Of a stretch of 64,000 nt of DNA, positions 46,879 through 59,545 are shown piece after piece. Made by a program: the position numbers and the translations under genes. The DNA comes from Squalus acanthias. Taxonomy: Eukaryota. The stretch lies in assembly GCA_030390025.1 (NCBI GenBank), contig CM059432.1, positions 49,354,001-49,418,000 on the forward strand, in the 5' to 3' direction. Each line of letters begins with the position of its first letter. Within the stretch, counting starts at the first letter, position 1. The notes beneath the pieces are model-generated. The model was not told the origin of the DNA. It saw only the letters and a list, made by a program, of their open reading frames with translations, and ran no database searches.

Positions 46879-49214
46879 AGATCTGTGTGCGCAGGAGATC
46901 GGGGCGGTATTGTTTAGCGCCGCCGCAAAATGTCTGGTCAATTTTGCGAGCGGCGCAGATATCGCCGCGCCCGGGCGCTAGTTGCTTTGCACCCCATTAG
47001 CGCCCTCTTAAGGCGCTAACGGGAGGCGCAAACCAACTGAATTTTCCCCCCTAAAAGCATCCCAATAATAATTGATAATCAAGGGGCTATAGGGAGGGAG
47101 GAACTTAAAACAATGACTATCACGAGAGAAAAAGTACCAGGCAAACTAATGGGACTAAAGGCTGACAAGTCCCCTGGACCTGATGGCCTACATCCTAGGG
47201 TCTTAAAAGAAGTGGCTGCAGAGATAGTGGATGCGTTGGTTGTAATCCACAAAAATTCCCTGGATTCTGGAGAGGTCCCAGCGGATTGGAAAACCACAAA
47301 TGTAATGCCCCTATTCAAGAAAGGAGGGAGGCAAAAAGCAAGAAACTATAGACCAGTTAGCCTAACATCTGTCATTGGGAAAATGCTGGAATCCATTATT
47401 TAGGAAGTAATAGCAGGACATTTAGAAAATCAAAAGACAATCAAGCAGAATCAACATGGTTTTCTGAAAGGGAAATCGTGTTTGACAAATTTACTAGAGT
47501 TCTTTGAGGATGTAACGAGCAGGGTGGATAAAGCGGAACCAGTAGATGTAGTGTATTTGGATTTCCAGAAGGCATTCGATAAGGTGCCACATAAAAGGTT
47601 ACTGCACAAGATAAGAGCTCATGGGGTTGGGGGTAGTTTATTGGCATGGATAGAGGATTGGCTAACTAACAGAAAACAAAGAGTCGGGATAAATGGGTCA
47701 TTTTCCGGTTGGCAAACTGTAACTAGTGGGATGCCACAGGGATCAGTGCTGGGGCCTCAACTATTTACAATCTATGTTAATGACTTGGATGAAGGGACCG
47801 TGTGTATTGTAGCCAAATTTGCTGATGATATAAAGATAGGTGGGGAAGCAAGTTGTGAGGAGTACACAAAGAGTCTGCAAAGGGTTATAGATAGGCTAAG
47901 TGAGTGGGCAAAAATTTGGCAGATGGAGTGTAATGTGGAAAAATGTGAGGTTATCCACTTTGGTAGGAAAAATAAAAAAGCAAATTATTATTTAAATGGA
48001 GAGGCTACATAATGCTGCGGTACAGAGGGATCTGGGGGTCCTCGTACATGAAACACAAAAAGTTAGCATGCAGGTACAGCAAGTAATTCGGAAGGCAAAT
48101 GGAATGTTGGCCTTTATTGCAAGGGGAATGGAGTATAAAAGTAGGAAAGTCTTGCTACAACTGTACAGGGCGTTGGTGAGACCACATCTGGAGTACTGCG
48201 AACAGCTTTGGTCTCTTTATTTAAGGAGGGATATACTTGCATTGGAGGCAGTTCAGAGAAGGTTCACTAGGTTAATTCCTGAGATGAAGGGGTTGTCTTA
48301 TGAGGAAAGGTTGAGCAGGTTGGGCCTATACTCATTGGAGTTTAGAAGAATGAGAGGTGATCTTATTGAAACATATGAGATTCTGAGGGGGCTCGACAGG
48401 GTAGATGCTGAGAGGATGTTTCCCCTCGTGGGAGAATCTAGAACTAGGGGGCAGTTACAGGATGAGGGGTCGCCCATTTAAAACGGAGGGATTTCTTCTC
48501 AGAGGGTCGTGAATCTTTGGAATTCTCTACCCCAGAGAGCTGTGGAGGCGGAGTCATTGAATATATTCAAGGCGGAGATAGACATATATTTGAGCTACAG
48601 GGGAGTCAAGGGTTATGGGGAGCGGGCGGGAAAGTGGCATTGAGGCCAAGATCAGATCAGCCATGATCTTATTGAATGGTGGGGCAGGCTCGAGGGACTG
48701 AATGCCCTACTCCTGCTCCTATTTCTTATGTTCTTAGTACATTAAATTGGTTCTCAAGCAACATTAAATAGATTAGTAGTTCTCCCATTGTATTGCTCAG
48801 TTTCTGATGCTTATCATGGTCCTATGAGAACCAAATGCAGATAAAGTCTGCAAGGAAGCCACCAGAGGCAACACTCATCTTGACCTGGTAATCCCTAATA
48901 TCCCAGACAATGAACAGCACCCTGGGGGACAATGACCATAGAATGATCAAGTTCAACAGAATCTGGGATTTAAAAATACCCAAGACCAGAATTCTGCTAT
49001 ATAAAACTTTAAAGGACTAAAGGTAAAGAAATGAGTGTAAAACAAAAGGTAATGGATTGGAGTAGGTTGCTCAACAACACATCAGTGAAGAGAATTTGAA
49101 CATCTCTGCCCTCAACCCTGGTGGAGCCCAGCATGTCAGTTTAGCAGACAAGGTATTATAGTTAATGGTATTGGACTAGCAAGCTAGAAGTCATGGGTTT
49201 AACCGGCCCCCAAT

Positions 49215-49820
49215 TGATGTTAATCTGACAAGTCTTAGTTACCTGGTTTCTCCCTCCCTTCTTAAATAATGGAGTGACCGTTGCAATTTTCAAATCCAAA
49301 GGCACAATTGCTGAAAATAATGACTGATGCAACTGCAATTTCCCCACTTCGTCTTTTAATACCCTGAGGTGGCAACAATCAGGTCTTGGAGATTTGTGTA
49401 TCTTAAGTCCCATTATTTTCACCAGTACCAATTTTTTTAATATAGTAAATCCACTCCTCGACTTATTTTTAGGTTCTTGTCTTTTTCCTCCACCGTGAAA
49501 ATGGATGTAATATGCTCATTTAACAAGTTTTCTATTTTCTTATTTTCCATTGTAGTCTCAGCTGGATCGGTCTTTAATGCACCCACATTCCCCTTTATCA
49601 CTCTCTTTATCTTAATATAGTTTTAAAAACATTTGCAGTTAGCTTTGATATCCCTTGCAAGTTTTTTCACATTTGCTTTCGGCATCTCTTATTACTTTCA
49701 TTATATTTCTATGCTGCTTTTTATAGCTCTCCCAGTCTGCTGGATTTCCACTTTTACTTGCATTAGTGTAAGCCTTTTCTTTTAGCTTGATACTGTCTCT
49801 TAGCTCATTTGTTGACAAGG
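49215..49820 (-). mobile_element. Degraded CR1 ORF2 fragment
   Basis: Minus-strand KIMGLKIHKSPRPD..LRVLK and ATVTPLFKKG. Confidence 0.8.
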
Positions 49821-51479
49821 AACCTTTAAAATTTTTAAAAATTCACACTTACCTAGGCCTCCTGGGACTCACGCCACCATTTTCCAGGCGGTCCTGGGGA
49901 GTGACAGTAAGAGGTGCGGACTAAGGGAAATCTACGGAAACCAGGTTTCAGCCCCCTCTGACACTTCCATACATCAGACAGGGGAGGGGCAGCTAGAGGC
50001 AGTCCCAGCAGGGGCAGAAGGAAAGATGTTCTTATGAGTTACAGGCTTTAAGATGAACCCATGGAGCTGATAATTGGAATAATTATATTTAATATCTCTT
50101 TAAATTTATGCAGATTGCTTTATGTTTTCACATTCCTTTATTATGTGCCAGTTGCGGAATGAACTTTGAAACAATTATTCAACCACTTTCCCAAGTATCA
50201 GCTGAGTATCAAATATTCAAAATGTCAAATTTTTAATTAAATTAGATGAGCTTTTACTGAATGTGTTGCCCTGTGCATATTTTGAGTCAAACTCTGTATC
50301 TAATCAGAGAATCATAGAATGATACAGCACAGAAGGAAGACAATCGGCCCATTATGCCTGTGCTGGCTCTTTGGTAGACCTATCCAATTAGTCCCACTCC
50401 CTTGCTATTTCCCCATAGCCTTGTATTTATCTAATTCGGTTTTAAAAGTTGCTATTGAATCTGCTTCCACCACCCTTTCAGGCAGTGCATTCCAGATCAC
50501 AACAACTCATTGAATAATTTTATTTCCTCTTGTCGCCTCTGATTCTTTTGCCAGTCACCTTAAATCTGTGTCCTCTGGTTACTGACCCTTCTGCACTGGA
50601 AACCGTCCTTGAAACCCTGCATGATTTTAAACATCTCTATTAAGTCTGCTCTTAACCTTCTCTACTCTAAGGAGAACCCAGCTTCTCCAGTCTCTCCACA
50701 TCCCTGGTACCATTCTAGTAAATCTCTTCTTCAACCTCTGACATCCTTCCTAAAAAGTGTGGTGCCCAGGATGGAACACAATACTCCAGCAGCGGTCTAA
50801 CCAGTGTTTTATAAAGATTTAGCATAACTTCCTTGCTTCTGTACTCTACGTCTCTATTAAAAAAGCCAAGGAACCCATATGTTTTCTTAACAGCCATCTC
50901 AACTTGTCCTGCCACATTCAAAGATTTATGTACATACACCCCCAAGTCGCTCTGCTCCTGCACCCCCTTTAAAATTGGACCATTTAGTTTATATTGCCTC
51001 TCCTCATTCTTCCTACCAAAATGTATCACTTCACACTTCTCTACGTTAAATTTCATCTAAATTTCTGAGTTTCGTGTCATCTGCAAACTTTGAAATTATG
51101 CCCTGTATACCCAATTCCAGTCATTAATAGATATCAAAAAGAGCAGTGGCCCCAACACCGACCTCTGGGGAACACCACTGTGTACTTCCCTCCAGTGTGA
51201 AAAACAACCAACCATTCACTACTACTCTCTCCTTTCTTTCCCTTAGCCAATTTTGTATCCATGCTGCCACTGTCCCTTTAATCCCATGGACTTGATTTTG
51301 CTAATAAGTCTATTACGTGGTACTTTATCAAATGCCTTTTGAAAGTCCATATACAGTACATCAACTACACTACCCTCATCAACCCTCTCCATTACTTCAT
51401 CAAAGAACTCAAATAACTTGCCTTTAACAAATCCATGTTGACTTTCCTTTATTAGCCCATACTTTTCCAAGTTCCAATT

Positions 51480-53530
51480 AACAACAACTTGTGGGGGTCC
51501 TTGTACAGGAATCACAAAAAGTTAGCTTGCAGGTACAGCAAGTAATTAGGAAGGCAAATGGAATGTTGGCCTTTATTGCAAAGGGAATGGAGTATAAAAG
51601 TAGGGAAGTCCTGTTACAACTGTACAGGGTGTTGGTGAGACCACACCTGGAGTACTGCATACAGTTTTGGTCTCCTTATTTAAGGAAGGATATACTTGCA
51701 TTGGAGGCAGTTCAGAGAGGGGATCTTATTGAAACATATAAGATTCTGAAGGGGCTTGACAGGGTAGATGCAGAGAGGATGTTTCCCCTCATGGGGGAAT
51801 CTAGAACTAGGGGCCATAATTTCAGAATAAGGGGAAACCCTTTTAAATTAGAAAGGAGGAGGAATTTCTTCTCTCAGAGGGTCGTGAATCTTTGGAATTC
51901 TCTTCCCCAGAGAGCTGTGGAGGCTGGGTCATTGAATATATTTAAGGTGGAGATAGACAGATTTTTGAATGATAAAGGAGTCAAGGGTTATGGGGAGCGG
52001 ACAGGGAAGTGGAGTTGAGGCCAAGATCAGATCAGCCATGATCTTATTGAATGACGGTGCAGGCTCGAGGGGCCAAATGACTTACTCCTGCTCCTATGTC
52101 TTATGTTCTTATGTTTGTATTGGTATAACGCTTTTAATGCAGTAAAACGTCCCAAGGTGCTTCACAGGAGTGTTATCAAACAACATTTGACACCGAGCCA
52201 CATAAGGAGAAATTAGGGCTGATGACCAAAAGCTTGGTCAAAGAGGTAGGTTTTAAGGAGCGTCTTAAAGGAGGAAAGAGAGGCGGAGAGGTTTGGGCAG
52301 GGAATTCCAGAGCTTCGGGCCTAGGCAGCTGAAGTTGAGCAATTAAAATCAGGGATGCTCAAGAGGCCAGAGTTAGAGGAGAGCAGATATCTCGGGGGGT
52401 TGTGGGGCTGGAGGAGATTACAGAGATAGGGAGGAGCGAGGCCACGGAGGGATTTGAAAACAAGAATGAGAATTTTAAAATCGAGGCGTTGCTTAACCGG
52501 GAGCCAATGTAGGTCAGCGAGCAAAGGGGTGATGGGTGAACGGGACTTGGTACAAGTTAGGACACAGGCAACCGAGTTTTGAATGACTTCAAGTTTATGT
52601 AGGGTGGAATGTGGGAGGCCAGCCAGGAGTGCGTTGGAATAGTCAAGTCTAGAGGTAACAAAGGCATGGATGAGGATTGCAGCAGCGGATGAGCTGAGGC
52701 AGGGGCGGAGACGGGCGATGTTACGGAGGTAGTAATAGGCGGTCTTAGTTATGGCATGGATATGTGGACGGAAGCTCATTTCAGTGTCAAATAAAACACC
52801 AAGGTTGCGAGCAGTCTGGTTAAGCCTCAGACAGATGTTAGTGAGAGGGATGGAGTCAGTGGCTAGGGAACGGAGTTTGTGGTGGGGACCGAAGACAATG
52901 GCTTCGGTCTTCCCACTATTTAATTGGAGGAAATTTCTGCCCATCCAGTACTGGATGTCGGACAAGCAGTCTGACAATTTAGAGACAGTGGAGGCGTTGA
53001 GAGAAATGGTGGTGAGATAGATCTGGGTGTTGTTAGCATAACATGTGGAACCTGATGCTGTGTTTTCGGATGATTTCGCCGAGGGGCAGCACGTAGATGA
53101 GAAATAGGAGGGGGCCAAGGATAGATCATTTTGGGACACCAGAGGGAATGATGCGGGAGCGGGAAGAGAAGCCATTGCCGCTGATTCTCTGGCTACAATT
53201 AGATAGATAAGAATGGAACCAGGCGAGTGCAGTCCCACCCAGCTGGACAACGGTGAGAAGCGTTGGAAGAGGATGGAGTGGTCAATCATGTCAAAGGCTG
53301 CAGACAGGTTGAGAAGGACGAGGAGGGATAGTTTACCTTTGTCACAGTCACAAAGGATATCATTTGTGACTTTGACGAGAGCCGTTTTGGTATTATGGCA
53401 GGGGCGGAAACCTAACTGAAGGGATTCAAACATGGAGTTCCGGGATAGATGGGCATGGATTTGGGAAGCGACAACATGTCAAGGACTTGAGAGGAAAGGG
53501 AGGTTGGAGATGGGGCGGTAGTTTGCAAGG
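51480..53530 (-). mobile_element. L2 LINE 3' portion, with its tail split by a CR1
   Basis: [38 protein letters not shown] and LHWLPVKQRLDFKIL. L2-type 3' end at 52115-52170 and (GTT)n terminus at 51480-51492. Confidence 0.9.
51493..52114 (+). mobile_element. Young short CR1 3' fragment
   Basis: ORF2 C-terminus open to the stop at 52018, (TTCTTATG)n tail, TTGT duplicated at 51489-51492 and 52115-52118. Confidence 0.92.
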
Positions 53531-55425
53531 CCCTGGTACGTCTCTAAAAGTTTCCCCACCACAGACCATAAGCTGACTGGCCTTTAGTTTATCCCTCCCC
53601 CATTTTTTGCAATATTTCCAGTCCTCTGGCACCATCCCCATATCTAAGGAGGATTGGAAGATTGTGCCAGAGCTTCCGCAATTTTCACCCTTACTTCCCT
53701 CAGTAATCTAGGATGCATGTCATCCGGACTAGGTGACTTTTCTACTTTGAGTACTGCCAACCTTTTAAGTAGCTCCTCTTTATTTTTATCTTATCCAATA
53801 TCACTACTGCCTCCTCTTTTACTGCTATATTTGCAGTATCCTCTTCTCTAGTGAAAACAGATGCAAAATACTCATTTAGTAACCTCAGCCATGCCCTCTA
53901 CCTCTGCAAGATCTCTTTTTGGTTCCTAATCGGCCTCACCATTCCTTTGACTACCCTTTTACTACTCATGTTTATGTAAGACTTTTGGATTCACTTTTAT
54001 GTAGCCGCTAATCTATTCTCATACTCTCTCTTTGCCCCTCTTATTCCTTTTTAGATCTCCTCTATACTTTCTGTATTCAGCTTGGGTTCTCTACTGTATT
54101 ATCAACCTTAGATTTGTCATAAGACTCCTTTTTCTGAATCATTTTAGTCTCTATATCTTGTCAACCAGGCAGCTCTAGATTTGGATGCCCTTCCCTTCCC
54201 CCTCATTGCAATGTCTCTATTCTGTACCCAAACCATCTCCTCTTTGAAGGCCTCCCATTGTTCTATTACTGTTTTACCATCCAATTTTTGATTCCAATCC
54301 ACCTGGGCCAGATCCCTTTTCAATTAGCCTCCTCCAGTTTTTTTACACTTGTTTGTTCCTTGTCCTTTTCCATAACTATTATAAACCTAATGATATTATG
54401 ATCACTGTTCCCCAAATGCTCCCCCACTGAAACATGCTCCACTTGCCCCACTTAGATCCCCAGAACTAAATCTAGCACGGCTTCCTTCCTCGTTGGGCTG
54501 GAAACACACTGATCAAGAAAGTTTTTCATTTCAGGAATTCCTCCCACTCTTTGGCCTTTACACTGTTACTATCTCAGTCTATATTAGGATAATTGAAGTC
54601 CCCCATTATCACTATGCTAGTTTTTGCATCTTTCTGTAATTTGCCTGCAAATTTGCACCTCTATCTCTTTCCCACTATTTGGTATACACCCAGTTGCATA
54701 ATAACTCCTCCACTGTTCCGTAATTTTAACCAAATAGATTCTATCTTTGACTCCTTAACTACATCATCCCTTTCCAGTGCTATAATAGTTTCTTTGACCC
54801 TCCTTTTTTCCTTCCCTTTCTTTCCTGAACACCTTGTAACCAGGAATATTAAGTTCCCAACCCTACCCTTGTTTGAGCCAAGTCTCTTTATTGCCACTAT
54901 ATCATAGTCCCATGTAGCGACATGCCTGCAAGTCACCAACCTTATTTACCATGCTATGTGCATTTACACACATGCACTCCAAACCCACCTTAGACTGCTT
55001 TGCATTTGCCCCTCATCTGATCCCTCCTATTTCTGAACCAATCATTACTCTAGTGCTAGTTGTCTCTCCCAGGCCTCTGTACACCTTGTTTCTCATTTCT
55101 AATGTTTCATCCTGGTGCCCAGCCCCTACCAAATTAGGTTAAACCCTCCCTCACAAGGGAAGAATGTACCTCTTTCTAAAAGCCTTTGTCATAAATATTA
55201 AGAGCTGACACTTTTCATATTAATCTGAAAATATCTCCTTGCAGATATTTAATAATTTTAGTTTCTTCATAACACATCTACATTTGTTATAGAATCTTCA
55301 GCCAAAATGAATGGCTTTGAAATTTGACCCACAATTTTTATTTGTGAAGGCAGATGTGAAGAAATTATTTACTGCTATCTACATCTCATCTTTCTATTGC
55401 TTTCTAACCTTTTCTAATACCCATT

Positions 55426-55591
55426 GGGGGTGAAATTCCACTGGGGCTATCCCAATCATCCGTCATAACTTTGGCGGAAGAGCCGTGGAAACGTCATAGA
55501 AATGGTATAAACTCTTTCTCCATTGCATCTGCTGCTCCACCACTGAAGTTACGACAGACAAGTGAGAGAAGCCCCACGGAAATTCAACCTC
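55426..55591. mobile_element. 166-bp fold-back MITE of Harbinger/Tourist type
   Basis: GGGGGTGAAATTCC..GGGGC / GCCCC..GGAAATTCAACCTC, exact ATT TSD, inner arms also complementary. Confidence 0.8.
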
Positions 55592-55637
55592 ATTATTCCT
55601 AACTGATAAATAACAACAGATGTAAGCTAAACATTGT

Positions 55638-56386
55638 GGGGTAGGAATTCCCCTGGTTTGTGCCTCCCATTAGCGCCTCCGGGGGAGCGATAATGGGCTG
55701 TTACCGGCTTTGCGACCGGGCGTGGCGAGACTACCGACGCCAGCGAAGTTACCCTGCAGGTTAGCAGCAGCGGTAAACCTGAACGCCACGATCTCCTGCG
55801 CCCTGGAGATCGTGACCTCATCCGCTGCGTAGCACCCTGGTACCGCCCCGGATGCGAACTTGGCTTCCGTCCCCTGCAGCATCGCCGGACGTCAACACCA
55901 GCAGCTATAGGAGGCATTGTCACCGCAGATGGCCGCTTGGGGAGCGGTAGTTATAGGGAATGCTGGTGAGGTAGGCGAACATTTTTTCATCAAGACTCTG
56001 TGCATTTTTTTTTATTTTTCGGGTGCCTCGATTGATCAGCCTGCATTCTGTAAGAGTGCTTGGGGCTGATCGGCGCCAATCGGAGGTGCCGTCGGCGATC
56101 AGGGGATTCGTTTTCTTGCAGAGCCTGCAGCAATGGGTCTTCCCTTTAAGGGAGGGAAGGAGACTCTAATCCCGGCAGCGCTGCACTGGACATTGTGTAG
56201 CGCTCTGCTGCTAACGCCCCTCTTGCGTGGTTTACCGCTTCAAGGGAAATGGTAACGCTTGATTTAGCGCTCCACTTCCCTCCTGGAGTGCAAAACCGGA
56301 AGTTCACATCCGTTAGAATTGGGTAATGCCCGGCGATACTTTTGCACTCCCGCAAAAGGCATCGCCCCAAACCCAATTTCTCCCCC
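55638..56386. mobile_element. CpG-rich non-autonomous Harbinger-type element
   Basis: Termini GGGGTAGGAATT / AATTTCTCCCCC with an exact TGT TSD (55635-55637, 56387-56389). TAGCGCC-type subterminal motifs. Confidence 0.85.
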
Positions 56387-56607
56387 TGTCTAACTTTGAA
56401 ATAAATTGTGGAAATTAATACTTCGAGTATATGCTTCATTTACTTGATCATATCCTGAACTTAGAGTATCAGGGGAACTGTTGGGGGAAAATTAGGTCAA
56501 TTTTGAGCAGACTGAAATGAATTGAGGACTTCATTAAAAACAGCTGGTAACAGAAACAGAGTAATGTATAACAGAAAAGATCATAGCAGTCCAACTGCCA
56601 GTCTAAA

Positions 56608-59545
56608 ATCATAGAAGTTTACGGCACAGAAGGAGGCCTTTCAGCCCATCATGTCCGTGCCGGCCTAAAAAGAGCTATCCAGCCTAATCCCAATTTCCAG
56701 CTCTAGGTCCGTAGCCTTGTACGTTACAACACTTCAGGTAGTGAGTTCCAGACCCCAACACCCTCTGGGTGAAAACATTTCTCCTCAACTCCCTTCTAAT
56801 CCTTCTACCAATTACTTTAAATCGATGCCCCCTGGTTATTGACCTCTCTGCTAAGGGAAATAGGTGATTCCTATCCACTCTATCTAGGCTGCTCATAATT
56901 TTATACACCTCAATTAAATCTCCCATCAGCCTCCTCGGTTCAAAAGAAAACAACCCCAGCCTATCCAATCTTTCCTCATAGCTAAAATTCTTCAGTCCTG
57001 GCAACATCCTTGTGAATCTCCTCTGTACCCTCTCTAGTCCAATCACTTCTTTCCTGTAACGTGGTGACCAGAATTGTACGCAGTACTCTAGCTGTGGCCT
57101 AACTAGTGTTTTATACAGTTCTAGCATAACCTCCCTGCTCTTATATTCTATGCCTCGGCTAATAAAGGAAAGTATACCGTATGCCTTCTTAACCACCTTA
57201 TCTAACTGTCCTGCTACCTTCAGGGATCTGTGGACATGCACTCCCAAGTCCCTCTGTTCCTCTACAGTTCTCAGTATCCTACTATTTATTGTGCATTCCC
57301 TTGCCTTGTTAGCCCTCCACAAATGTATTAACTCACACTTCTCTGGATTGAATTCCATTTGCCACTGTTCTGCCCACCTGACCAGTGCATTGATATCTTC
57401 CTGCAGTCTACAGCTTTCTTCCTCGCTATCAACCACACGGCCAATTTTTGTATCATCTGCGAACTTCTTAATCATGCCCCCTACATTGAAGTCTAAATCA
57501 CTGATGTATACAAAAAGCAAGGGACCTAGTAGTGAGCCCTGCGGAACCCCACTGGAAACAGCTTTCCTGTCACAAAAACATCCACTGACCATTACCCTTT
57601 GCTTCCTGCCACTGAGCCAATTTTGGATCTAACTTGCCACTTTCCCTTGGATCCCATGGGCTTTTACTTTTCTGACCAGTCTGCCATGTGGGAACTTGTC
57701 AAAAGCCTTGCTAAAATCCATGTAGACTACATCAAATGCGCTACCCTCATCAACCCTCCTTGTTACCTCCTCAAAAAATTCAATAAAGTTAGTCAGACAC
57801 AACTTTCCCTTAACAAATCCATGCTGACTTTCCTTGATTAATCCATGCCTTTCTAAGTGACAATTAATACGGTCCCTCAGAATTTTTCCAATAATTTTCC
57901 CACCACCGAGGTTAGGCTGACTGGCCTGTAATTACTCGGTCTATAACTTTCTCCCTTCTTAAACAATGGTACAATGTTAGCAGTCCTCCAGTACCATGCC
58001 TGTAGCCAGAGAGGATTGGAAAATGATGGTCAGAGCATCTGCTATTTTCTCCTTTGCTTCTCTTAGCAGCTTGGGATACATTTCAACCTGGTGATTTATC
58101 TACTTTCAAAGATGCCAAACCCCTTAAGGTTTCCTCTCACTATGTTGATCGCATCTAATATTTCACACTCCTCCTCAACTACAATGTCTGCATCGTCCCC
58201 ATCTTTTGTGAAGACAGTCGCAAAATATTCATTAAGAACCATCCCCACATCTTCTGCCTCCACACACAGGTTACCTTGTTGGTCTCTAATAGGCCCTACT
58301 CTTTCCTTAATTATCCTCTTGATCTTTATGTATTTATAAAACATCTTTGGGTTTTCCTTGATTTTACTTGGCAATATTTTTTCATGCCCTCTCTTTGCTT
58401 TCATAATTTCCTTTTTAATTTCAACCCTGCACTTTCTATACTCCTCTAGGCTTTCTGCAGTATTACAACATTACAACAGTGACTAAACTTCAAAAAGTAC
58501 TTCATTGGCTGTAAAGAGCTTTGGGATGTCCGGTGGACATGAAAGGTGCTATATAAATGTCTTTTTTTCCTTCTTTTATTGAGCTCTCGGTATCTGAGAA
58601 AAGCTTCCCTTTCATTCCCCCTTATCCTACCCTGTAAGCTCCTTGACATCCAGGCTCTAAATTTGGGAGTCCCACCCTTTTCTTTGTGGGAACATACTTG
58701 CCCTGAACCCTCACTATCTCCTCCTTGAGTGCCTCCCACTGTTCTGACAATGATTTACCTTCAAGTAGCGGTTTCCAGTCCACTTTTGCTAAATCGCATT
58801 TCAGCTTAGTAAAATTGGCCTTTCCCCGATTGAGAACTTTTACTCCTGGTCTATATTTGTCCTTTTCTATAACCACACTAAATCTAACTGAATTATGATC
58901 ACTACCACCAAAATGTTCAGAACTGCCCCCTTTCTTTTTGGGCTTGCTACATACTGACTAAAAAAGTTCTCCTGAATGCATTTTAAGAACTCTGCACCCT
59001 CTATACCTTTACACAGATTCTATCCCAGTTAATATTAGGGTAGTTGAAATTCCCAACTATTACTGCCCTATTGTTTTTGCACTTCTCATAAATTTGCTGA
59101 CATATTTACTCTTCAATCTCCCTCTGACTATTTGGGGAACTACAGTACACTCCTAGTAGTGTGATTGTCCCTTTTTTGTTCTTCAGTTCAACCCATATGG
59201 CCTCATTTGATGATCCTTCTAACATATCATCCCTCCACAAAGCTGTAATATTTTCTTTAACCAATATTGCGACCTCCCACCTTTCTTATCCCCCTCTCTC
59301 ATCTGAAAACCATGTAACCAGGAATGCTGAGCTGCCATTTCCGGCCTACTTTAAGCCATGTTTCAGTAATAGCTATGATATCATACTTCCACGTGTCTAT
59401 CTGTGCCCTCAGCTCATCTGCCTTATTCACTAGACTCCTTGCATTGAAGTATATACCATTAAGCACTGCCAAACTCCTTTGTTGTCTATTTTCTAGCCTT
59501 TATTTTCTCTGCCTTCCAAACTCAGTTACTAATTTTCTGCCTGCC
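56608..59545 (-). mobile_element. CR1 LINE covering most of ORF2, degraded
   Basis: 302-aa open segment 56684-57592 with GVPQGSLLGPLLF and KFADDTK. Upstream endonuclease and linker remnants are frameshifted. Confidence 0.92.
58463..58577 (+). mobile_element. SINE or L2-tailed 3' fragment inserted in CR1
   Basis: Reverse homolog of 12462-12628, with TATT on both sides. Confidence 0.7.

Larger units (their letters stand above)
42962..47051. mobile_element. Structurally complete two-gene PIF/Harbinger transposon, 4090 bp
   Basis: TIR GGGGGAAATATTCAGT / ACTGAATTTTCCCCCC (14/16) and TAA TSD (42959-42961, 47052-47054). Removing the element restores CR1 GACACTAAAAGCATCCC. Convergent Myb and transposase genes. 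Confidence 0.97.
42690..48736 (+). mobile_element. 5'-truncated CR1 LINE split by the Harbinger insertion
   Basis: ORF2 homology on both sides (..YFVSVFTVEDTK | ..KADKSPGPDG..FADD..), stop at 47401-47403, frameshift near 48000, TTCTTATG tail at about 48722-48736. Confidence 0.93.
50305..55150 (-). mobile_element. Degraded CR1 LINE (pieces 50305-51479 and about 53535-55150) interrupted by L2
   Basis: KFNVEKCEVIHFG, MDFQKAFDKVP and WDYDIVAI remnants in collinear order; tail at about 50305. Confidence 0.85.
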
